DNA of 64,000 nucleotides from Candidatus Nomurabacteria bacterium (lineage in GTDB: Bacteria > Patescibacteriota > Minisyncoccia > Phycocordibacterales > UBA5272), in NCBI GenBank assembly GCA_040376695.1, contig JBEIQD010000001.1, positions 80,726 to 144,725 of the forward strand, given 5' to 3'. The notes below the pieces were generated by a model. The model made no database searches. It had not been told where the DNA came from and was given only the letters and a program-made list of their open reading frames with translations. This document shows positions 56,923 through 64,000 of this stretch, in pieces (positions within the stretch are counted from its first letter, which is position 1; each line of letters begins with the position of its first letter). The position numbers and the translations under genes were made by a program.

Positions 56923-57426
56923 CTATTTTGAAAGCGCGAATTCCCCAACCACTTCATAGGCAGATACAGGAGGAGTGTAATCTGGCGACGCTTCTTCAAA
57001 CTTCTTTCTTTGTACAAGGTATGATGTTTCCCCTTTTGTTACTTTGTAATGATACCCAAGCCCCGCAGCGTAACATTGTGCATCATGTGAAATTGCCACG
57101 CTATCTGCGTCAGAATCTGGCAAATCATTACATCCACCATCTCTCGTATCAATTAATTTACGATCAATCGATCCATTAGGATACACCGCTTCAAGAAAAA
57201 CATTTGTTTTAGGAAGCCCGTCTGAGTTTAATGTAGACGCTTTTTCATATCTCCAAATAAAAGCCAATGGTTCAACCTGCGTCGTATTTCCTTGTGTAGG
57301 CACTTCTGTATTCACAGGAGTAGTGAAGTACGTTTTATACACAAACACACCTAAACCTAGCGCAAGTAATATACTAACGACTACCGCTCTCCCTACAAAG
57401 AATTTTGTTAATGTCATATATTCCAT
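56923..57426 (-). CDS. membrane-anchored hypothetical protein
   Basis: N-terminal TM; CYAAG.G. Confidence 0.65.
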   Translation of the reverse strand: MEYMTLTKFFVGRAVVVSILLALGLGVFVYKTYFTTPVNTEVPTQGNTTQVEPLAFIWRYEKASTLNSDGLPKTNVFLEAVYPNGSIDRKLIDTRDGGCNDLPDSDADSVAISHDAQCYAAGLGYHYKVTKGETSYLVQRKKFEEASPDYTPPVSAYEVVGEFALSK

Positions 57427-57441
57427 TGTAGCAGACTATCT

Positions 57442-57855
57442 TTAAGGCTGCTTCTTTCCTTTGGCAAGCATTGCACACACTTCTTCGATTCGGATTCCTT
57501 TCATTGCGGAGTTTTTTGCTTCATCCACCCAGGCCACAAAATCTCTTCGCTCATCTGGTGATAAATCCTTCCATGTAGCTTTTGCTTTCAGGTTAGCACC
57601 GAGCGCCTTGTATAGATTCATTGGCACCACCGCATAACAACAAGGCCTACGCTCTCCAGCTAAAAGCTTAGAGGATGTTACTTCAATTCTACGAAGACGA
57701 GTCTCTTCTTGTTTTGCTCCTTCAATCCATGTAACAAAATCTCTTCGCGCAATTGGAGTAAGTCCTTCCCACGCTGTGGCAACTTTAGGTTTTGTTAAAA
57801 GAATCTTACGAAGTTCGATTGGTACCTTTAGCTCTAAACCTTTTGATGTCTTCAT
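57442..57855 (-). CDS. tandem YdeI/OmpD-associated domain protein
   Basis: Two VP.EL...L......W..L.P..RR.F..W...AK repeats. Confidence 0.85.
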   Translation of the reverse strand: MKTSKGLELKVPIELRKILLTKPKVATAWEGLTPIARRDFVTWIEGAKQEETRLRRIEVTSSKLLAGERRPCCYAVVPMNLYKALGANLKAKATWKDLSPDERRDFVAWVDEAKNSAMKGIRIEEVCAMLAKGKKQP

Positions 57856-57881
57856 ATAAAAGATAGTACCACAATCCTTAT

Positions 57882-58283
57882 CTACCCTTTAGGAGTACAC
57901 GTAACTAAATTAATATCTGCTGCTGGCCCTTCACCATTAAAGAACCCATTCTCAAGCACAGCGCCTGTTTTAGTCACTACGAAACAATCCGCTGAAAGTA
58001 TTCCCGGCAAACCACTCCCCATTACATACATCCCTACACGCCAACCTTCCTCAGATTCCGCGACCTCTATTGTTTTTATTGGAAGATTGTCTGACGGATA
58101 GTCTTCATACTTTGGGTACGTTTCTTTAACTGCGGCAACAGCTTGATCTCCAGTTGTTATTTCTGAACTAGCAAGGTAGTTAGCCATTACTTTATCTCTG
58201 TTATAGCTATAAAGAACAAACACAACACAGAGAATAACTGCTGATGCAACAATCACAAGCGCAATACGTTTTTCTTTACTCAT
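57882..58283 (-). CDS. membrane-anchored hypothetical protein
   Basis: N-terminal TM, 133 aa. Confidence 0.65.
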   Translation of the reverse strand: MSKEKRIALVIVASAVILCVVFVLYSYNRDKVMANYLASSEITTGDQAVAAVKETYPKYEDYPSDNLPIKTIEVAESEEGWRVGMYVMGSGLPGILSADCFVVTKTGAVLENGFFNGEGPAADINLVTCTPKG

Positions 58284-58332
58284 GTGATAAGTATAGACAT
58301 AAAAATGGCTAAAGTGTAAAGTAAATCACACA

Positions 58333-58361
58333 TTGACAAAACACTTAATTAATGCTATAAT
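58333..58361 (+). promoter_or_regulatory. consensus sigma70 promoter
   Basis: TTGACA-17-TATAAT with extended TG. Confidence 0.8.
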
Positions 58362-58428
58362 TATAGTATAGTTAATTTCAGTTTTTGTTCGCCAAATTGA
58401 AATAAATCTCTTCCCCTTTCACACATAT

Positions 58429-59256
58429 ATGACACTAACCAGAAAACAATACATTCTTCTGCTCACCACACTTTGTATCATGGTGTGTTTTCTGGTAATA
58501 AAGAACCCTTCTACTGTTATCGCCCAATCAACTACACAGTCTTCATTCGCTCCTGTAGTAATTACTTCATCTAATTCACAGAAGCAATATGAATACCTCG
58601 AAATCACAGAAGGTTGTGATACGTATGCTGAAATGGTTTGTGTATCTGTGCATGCGGGCCCTGGTGCGGAATATGAAAAAATATACGAGCTCCGTAAAGG
58701 AATGCTTCTTAAAATAAAAAGTACTGAACTACGAAATGGTCAGGTATGGTATCAGGTATATTTTGATGAATGGCTCAGATTTCCTGGCCGAGTAGAAGGA
58801 AATTGGTACATACCGGCTGTTGCAGGAAAAGTTATTACAGCTGGCGGAGAAGAACTCCTTACACCGTCAACGCCGACAACTTCTAAAAGAATTGTCATAG
58901 ACCTTTCTGATCACATGTTATATGCATATGATGGGAATACAGAATTCATGAGAACAAAAATCTCTACTGGAGTTGAAGCAACCCCAACGCCAGCCGGTAC
59001 GTTCACTGTGTACAAGAAAACTCCAAGCAGGTACATGCAAGGTCCGCTTGAAGGAGTAACTGAAATCCCTTTTGACTTACCTGGTGTACCGTGGAACTTA
59101 TACTTCACCCAAGATGGTGCGGTTATTCATGGTACTTATTGGCATGATCGTTACGGAACAGATCAATCAAGTGGATGTATCAATCTTCCAGCAGAACTTT
59201 CAAAAATTATCTACGACTGGGCGCCACTTGGGACTACGGTAACAATACAGAGATAA
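58429..59256 (+). CDS. L,D-transpeptidase (YkuD) with SH3-like domain
   Basis: I.IDLS, ISTG, TP.G.F, IHGTYWH..G...S.GCIN. Confidence 0.92.
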   Translation: MTLTRKQYILLLTTLCIMVCFLVIKNPSTVIAQSTTQSSFAPVVITSSNSQKQYEYLEITEGCDTYAEMVCVSVHAGPGAEYEKIYELRKGMLLKIKSTELRNGQVWYQVYFDEWLRFPGRVEGNWYIPAVAGKVITAGGEELLTPSTPTTSKRIVIDLSDHMLYAYDGNTEFMRTKISTGVEATPTPAGTFTVYKKTPSRYMQGPLEGVTEIPFDLPGVPWNLYFTQDGAVIHGTYWHDRYGTDQSSGCINLPAELSKIIYDWAPLGTTVTIQR

Positions 59257-59316
59257 TCAGTAAAACGTTGACTTAACCTTGAAAAGGTTTACTATACTAC
59301 CAGCTCATTAACCCGT

Positions 59317-59682
59317 TTGGAGAAGAATGTGGAAACCTCAACCAAAGTCCTGCTGCTTTTGGCACTGTTTGTGCTGATTGCTGCGTATTTGTTTATAAAC
59401 CTTATACGACAACAAAAAGCCGATAAGGAAATACAGCAATGCGAAGACTCATACCAAAAAGAGGTCGATTGTCTGGGAATCAGTTTTCAACGAGTAACCC
59501 ATGACAGGGAACCAACCCCTGGAACCAGTGACATCACGTTTAATTTCAAAGGTTTGCGAATCGATGCAGAGCTTACACCTCTGCAGGCATTGTATTTTTT
59601 GAAAAGCGTGCGAAAAGGAACTCCAGATATAGCTTTTCTCAAGAAGAAATCGTACTGGAAACTTCCTCAGCTTTCAAGCTGA
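59317..59682 (+). CDS. orphan membrane-anchored protein
   Basis: TTGACT promoter, GGAG SD (true start possibly GTG 59329), terminator. Confidence 0.6.
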   Translation: MEKNVETSTKVLLLLALFVLIAAYLFINLIRQQKADKEIQQCEDSYQKEVDCLGISFQRVTHDREPTPGTSDITFNFKGLRIDAELTPLQALYFLKSVRKGTPDIAFLKKKSYWKLPQLSS

Positions 59683-59687
59683 TATCC

Positions 59688-59725
59688 AACCGCCCTAGCA
59701 GGACTGCTTCGGCGGTTTTGTTTTT
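59688..59725 (+). terminator. terminator, 33/38 identical to 61143-61180
   Basis: AACCGCCCTAGCAGGACTGCTTCGGCGGTTTTGTTTTT. Confidence 0.75.
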
Positions 59726-59777
59726 ATAATACAAAACTTATTTATCAACATACGGTAATCAATATATACTCTCTAGT

Positions 59778-60554
59778 ATGGTTATTTACTCGTGGAACAT
59801 GTTTTATGAAAATAAGACACTCGACCAAGCTTTTGAGTTTATTAAGAACTCACCTTTTGATGTTTTTTGTTTGCAAGAAGTTCCCGAGGCGTTTCTTTCC
59901 AAACTTAAGACACTTCCATACGAGATGGCGTATGTGAAAGAAATAGAGCTCACAACTTCTTCAACGCATTTTGCTGTCTACAGCGTTACGCTTTCAAAAG
60001 CACCCATCTTAGAGCAAGGTGAAGTTTCTTACGCAAATACAAAACCAAATCTTGGAACCCTTATTATTCGCTCTATCATTGATTTACCCCGTGCTGAGCG
60101 CGTCACTAAATGGGAGAATAGAAAATCCTTTTTCATAATCACACAACACGGCTCTGAAATGTTTCAAGTTTTCAATCTTCATTTACCACTCTCATTTCCT
60201 GCCCAACGAATACGAGAACTGAATGAAACCATGTCACACCACCAATCTGGAAAACAATTGATTGTGTGCGGAGATTTTAATATTTTAGAAACATTCTATA
60301 TCGCAAGTTTAAATTGGTTGTTCGGAGGAAAACTATCAGACTGGTTCTTCTATAAACGAGAACGTACATCTATGCAAAAATACTTTGAGAAACTTTCTCT
60401 TTCAAATCCGCTTAAGGGGCGCTCCACTCATCCTGTCTCACAATCACAGCTCGATCACATTCTTGTGCCACAACATTCAAAGGTACGCAAAGCCACAGTA
60501 ATCAAAAACCGCTTTGGATCAGACCACAATCCAATCATGGTTGAGATTTCGTAG
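59778..60554 (+). CDS. endonuclease/exonuclease/phosphatase family protein
   Basis: SWN, LQEV, NLHL, CGDFN, LDHI, SDH. Confidence 0.9.
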   Translation: MVIYSWNMFYENKTLDQAFEFIKNSPFDVFCLQEVPEAFLSKLKTLPYEMAYVKEIELTTSSTHFAVYSVTLSKAPILEQGEVSYANTKPNLGTLIIRSIIDLPRAERVTKWENRKSFFIITQHGSEMFQVFNLHLPLSFPAQRIRELNETMSHHQSGKQLIVCGDFNILETFYIASLNWLFGGKLSDWFFYKRERTSMQKYFEKLSLSNPLKGRSTHPVSQSQLDHILVPQHSKVRKATVIKNRFGSDHNPIMVEIS

Positions 60555-60608
60555 TATATTGACTTTATTACAATAAATGTTATTATAATAAAGTTCTAAC
60601 TATCGAAA

Positions 60609-61142
60609 GTGTATATGCTTCTCTACCACGGAGTCCCCAAAAGGATGATGGGTACGAAGTTGTACCCTCTCAATGAGTTAAAAAATGTTCATTTCGAACT
60701 TTCTGCCGAGCACTATGAAAAGTACTTGGGGAGAGAAGAGGTAACCAGACAAGTCATTCCGATTCTTAACTGTTTGTGGAACGACGTTATCTTTTTCATT
60801 CCCATTCCGCCAGACGCAATTAATTTTGCGCGCGAAAGCCACGGACTCCTTCCGATTGAACAAGAGTGGTTCGTTGTTGATTCGAAAACTCTTGATCAAA
60901 GTAACCTCCTATTATTTCGACATCGCCCGCAGTGGACTATCGATGCCGAACTTGAGAAGGATGAGTACGCCAGATTGGATGACCTCTCAGTAATCCAAGA
61001 AGCTGATGTGCAAATGGTTCCTGAATGCGCTATCTGGGCGATGAAGAAATTCGGAAGAAAATCCATGCTCTTCAGTTATATGCCACACGTTCTTTTCCGT
61101 GGGACCATAGAGACTAAAAATCTTAAAAGAATCCACACCTGA
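60609..61142 (+). CDS. hypothetical protein
   Basis: LYHGVP..M.G..LYPLN.LK..KY.GRE..IP.L.CLWNDV; TTGACT promoter. Confidence 0.7.
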   Translation: MYMLLYHGVPKRMMGTKLYPLNELKNVHFELSAEHYEKYLGREEVTRQVIPILNCLWNDVIFFIPIPPDAINFARESHGLLPIEQEWFVVDSKTLDQSNLLLFRHRPQWTIDAELEKDEYARLDDLSVIQEADVQMVPECAIWAMKKFGRKSMLFSYMPHVLFRGTIETKNLKRIHT

Positions 61143-61180
61143 AACCGCCTTAGCAAAACTGCTCTGGCGGTTTTGTTTTT
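61143..61180 (+). terminator. terminator, copy of 59688-59725
   Basis: AACCGCCTTAGCAAAACTGCTCTGGCGGTTTTGTTTTT. Confidence 0.75.
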
Positions 61181-61205
61181 AGTAGACCTATAAAAATAAT
61201 CCTGT

Positions 61206-61823
61206 TTAATGGTTGTGCTGCGATTGTTTAAAGAAATGAGCTTCCGTTGCAGGAGAATCTTCAGAAAGTAACAGAACCTCACAATTTCCAAAATGGAACG
61301 AGGTTAATACACTTTCCCAGTCTAAATTGTAGTAAGCGGCGTATATCATCTTTCCAATATCTCCATGGGTCACCAATAGGATAGATCCTTCAGAGTGACT
61401 CGCTTGAACATATTCAATAACCTTCTTCGCTCTTTCTAATAACTGTGGAAATGTTTCAGCTCCTTCAGGTGAAAGAAAATACGTTATCGTATTTGTTTTA
61501 ATAATGTCTGGCGCACACATCTCTTCAATTTTTGATACAGGGTTGCCAGACATGATACCAAAATCCCTTTCGATTAAATCCTGTTCTATTTCTGGTTGAG
61601 CAAGCCCTAGTTCATGGGCAAGTATCTCTGCTGTTCTATACGCACGCTTTAGTGGAGAGCTATATATTTTATCAAACTCTAATCCCGCTTCTTTAATATA
61701 CTTTGCAGTTGTGTGTGCCTGTTCTTCACCAAGAGGAGTTAATGGTTCATCTCGATGACCATTTAAAATACCATGTAGATTGTCTAGATTCTGCCCGTGT
61801 CGTGCGAGATAGATTTTTAACAT
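61206..61823 (-). CDS. histidine phosphatase family protein
   Basis: RHGQ, SSPL.RA..TA, L.E.DFG, VTHG. Confidence 0.92.
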   Translation of the reverse strand: MLKIYLARHGQNLDNLHGILNGHRDEPLTPLGEEQAHTTAKYIKEAGLEFDKIYSSPLKRAYRTAEILAHELGLAQPEIEQDLIERDFGIMSGNPVSKIEEMCAPDIIKTNTITYFLSPEGAETFPQLLERAKKVIEYVQASHSEGSILLVTHGDIGKMIYAAYYNLDWESVLTSFHFGNCEVLLLSEDSPATEAHFFKQSQHNH

Positions 61824-61858
61824 TACTTAATTCTACCATGGGTGCAATTTATATAGAT

Positions 61859-62563
61859 TTAGAGTTGTTTCTTCACTTTCGCAAACCATAATTTATACCC
61901 TTCCGAAGATGGATGGAACATATCTTCCGCAAAATACACTTCGGGTTGGAGAATAAACGGATCTACTTCAGGTTCATCGTAGAGGTTCACATACGTAACC
62001 CCAAGTTTATCTCCAAGTGCTTGGAACTTTTCATGGTAACTAATCGTAAGGTTTCTGTAGTATGAACGAAATGGAAATGGAATAGCAGGAGCTCCACCCA
62101 CGTCCCCAGCGGTAACCAAAACAACACGTCCAGATAATGTTTGAATGTCTTTCAATATTAGTTCTAGTTTCTTTGACGATTCATCAACATTGTCTCGAGC
62201 AACAATATTATTTGCCCCAATCTGAAGAAGGATCAAATCATATTTATCTCTTTTTATGTTCTTTCGCTGTGATGCAATATCCTCAATCTTCGCTCCAGAG
62301 ATACTATAGTTCTCTGTATATGTTGCTCCAACAAATGATGCTACAAGAGCTGGTAATGAATCTTCAGATTTTGAAGCTCCAACGCCGTATGCCGTACTAT
62401 CACCCAATACTAGAAGTGTTTTCTTGGTGTCAGCTGATTCATTAGTAAATTTAACTGTATCTTCGATAAGAGCTTTACTAATATGGGCGTAGTAGCGAAC
62501 TTGGATAAAGAAAAGAAAGGCTGCGATGAGTAAGATTCCAATAAATATAAAAAGGTATTTCAT
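61859..62563 (-). CDS. SGNH/GDSL hydrolase
   Basis: LGDST..GVGA, GANN, D.FHPS..GY. Confidence 0.9.
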   Translation of the reverse strand: MKYLFIFIGILLIAAFLFFIQVRYYAHISKALIEDTVKFTNESADTKKTLLVLGDSTAYGVGASKSEDSLPALVASFVGATYTENYSISGAKIEDIASQRKNIKRDKYDLILLQIGANNIVARDNVDESSKKLELILKDIQTLSGRVVLVTAGDVGGAPAIPFPFRSYYRNLTISYHEKFQALGDKLGVTYVNLYDEPEVDPFILQPEVYFAEDMFHPSSEGYKLWFAKVKKQL

Positions 62564-62614
62564 GATGTTGATGTAGGACTTATGACGCCAAACGAGAAGA
62601 GAATCTGACAAGCG

Positions 62615-63448
62615 CTATTCACACTGTTTAATATCCATTGGACTACACAACTTTGGATTTCCTGTAGGAACAATTTCCCCACAATTTTTATACACGTGAT
62701 TCTTGTCCACCGAGTACGTTCCCGCAACATACATTCCATCAGGTCCACTATCAAAGCCTGCAACAATCTTAAAGGTATTTCTATCCGCACCTACTAGTAA
62801 TTTGTCTCCAGCAATAATAGATTTTGCGTCCCATGCGTAATAAGCACGAGATACTTCAACTGCTGCACACTGACCAAGAACTGCAAACGTCTGCCCGTCA
62901 GACCCTTCAATCTTCTTCACTTCAAATGGAAGATCGAGATAGTATGCATTCTTCTTATCTGTTGCATACGGAAAACCTTCTACCATAGCAAACGTTACTG
63001 GATCAGCTTCAGGAATAGCTTTGTATGACCAACCAGTTTGGTTTGGAGAAACTACATACACCGCGTTCTTATCTTTTCCTAGGCCGCTCGTTTTTTCAAT
63101 TAACGCAAATGAAGGAAGATCAATGAGAGGAGTATTTGTTTCAGGAACCACCGTCTGCCCCATGTAGAAAAGTGTGTCTTCATCTTTAGCCCAATACGCA
63201 TCAAGCATCACAAATGCTTTCGCCTCCGCATCTTTCATTTCGGAATCATACACCTGATCAGTTCCATTCTCACCAACCTGCATAGTGGTACGGTAATATA
63301 CTTTGTTTCCTTTGATCACATACCCCTGCTCTGGTTCTAGTTGTGTGGGTGTTGTATAACGACTAACCATATGCGCACCCAATACAATCCCAAAGAAAAG
63401 AAGGATACATACTGCAATAATGGTGAGTAGTGAAGGACGATATTTCAT
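62615..63448 (-). CDS. DKNYY-repeat protein
   Basis: Repeated KDKNAVY/DKKNAYY/DKNHVY and AD..TF motifs. Confidence 0.85.
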   Translation of the reverse strand: MKYRPSLLTIIAVCILLFFGIVLGAHMVSRYTTPTQLEPEQGYVIKGNKVYYRTTMQVGENGTDQVYDSEMKDAEAKAFVMLDAYWAKDEDTLFYMGQTVVPETNTPLIDLPSFALIEKTSGLGKDKNAVYVVSPNQTGWSYKAIPEADPVTFAMVEGFPYATDKKNAYYLDLPFEVKKIEGSDGQTFAVLGQCAAVEVSRAYYAWDAKSIIAGDKLLVGADRNTFKIVAGFDSGPDGMYVAGTYSVDKNHVYKNCGEIVPTGNPKLCSPMDIKQCE

Positions 63449-63452
63449 TTAT

Positions 63453-63998
63453 TTATATGTTTGTTGGTTCGCGATTTATTTCAAGAAACTCTGTGTATGG
63501 AGCGAGTGCCTCTTTAGCTTTCGCTCTAGAAATCTGGAATGATGGCCATCCTCTTTCATCAATGAATCGTTCACCGGATCGGTACCGTGCCCATGAGAGT
63601 TCCTTTCCGAACTTCAACGCAATCTCAGAACTTGGATCACTTAGTAGCTCAACCGTATGCGGAACAGCATCAGTAGAAAGATTTGCTAGATAGTCAGTAT
63701 CAATATTTCCTGTCTGGTGATATCGTACGAGATTTTTCTTAGCGATGAATGCGTCTGGGTTGATAAGGTTCATCGAAGTCAGAAGAAGTATGATGCACAC
63801 AAAAACCTGCATAGTGAACCGCGATCTTTGTTCTCCTGTAAAGATATGACGCGCCAGAAGGAAAAGTATGACGGCGAGCCACACCATAAATGCATGACTG
63901 TACAAACGAATCGTAGTGAATCCGTACGCATCCTCATAGAGAGCTAGTCGTGTAAACGCAGACACAAGAATAACGACCACCTGCGTGACCAAGACAAC
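63453..63998 (-). CDS. DUF4173-like membrane protein (5' end beyond window)
   Basis: SA..RL.LY..AYGFT..R, NPD.FIA..N, D..YL..LS.DAVP. Confidence 0.8.
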   Translation of the reverse strand, partial: VVLVTQVVVILVSAFTRLALYEDAYGFTTIRLYSHAFMVWLAVILFLLARHIFTGEQRSRFTMQVFVCIILLLTSMNLINPDAFIAKKNLVRYHQTGNIDTDYLANLSTDAVPHTVELLSDPSSEIALKFGKELSWARYRSGERFIDERGWPSFQISRAKAKEALAPYTEFLEINREPTNI

Positions 63999-64000
63999 AC

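Noticed and set aside
1-64000. Alternative genetic code 25 (UGA=Gly)
   Set aside because: Conserved genes are uninterrupted under code 11, and TGA ends several ORFs just before terminators.

Overview
AT-rich bacterial chromosome segment using genetic code 11. Gene content (PcrA/UvrD, rpmA, rplI, S41 protease, cysS, dnaB, recR, rplU, rmuC, short dnaX, dus, ftsQ-like, serS, many small secreted/membrane proteins) and near-leaderless, mostly SD-less starts point to a Patescibacteria (CPR), probably Parcubacteria, genome. That assignment is inference. Two tRNAs are present: Gln-TTG and Ala-TGC. The main discovery is an array at 25.4-29.3 kb. Six direct copies of a ~34-bp site (AGCTGGGGCTGTGGGACGAAGTTGGAACTTT) lie downstream of tRNA-Gln and share its 3'-end core. 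They split the DNA into six tiny cassettes (197-891 bp), each with 1-2 genes and its own promoter, and no recombinase gene is in the window. The sites differ from the tRNA arm by an exact 5-bp motif shift, as in large-serine-recombinase attP versus attB. This suggests a tRNA-anchored, integron-like gene-cassette accretion system. Other items: three candidate promoter-driven non-coding RNAs (4.7, 8.7 and 29.4 kb), a GC-rich foreign-looking micro-gene, orphan genes with sigma70 promoters (two sharing a terminator), an alternative oxidase with other redox genes, a degenerate REC-GGDEF next to an EAL gene, and several unannotated small ORFs. All family calls come from motif recognition by eye; no database searches were run.
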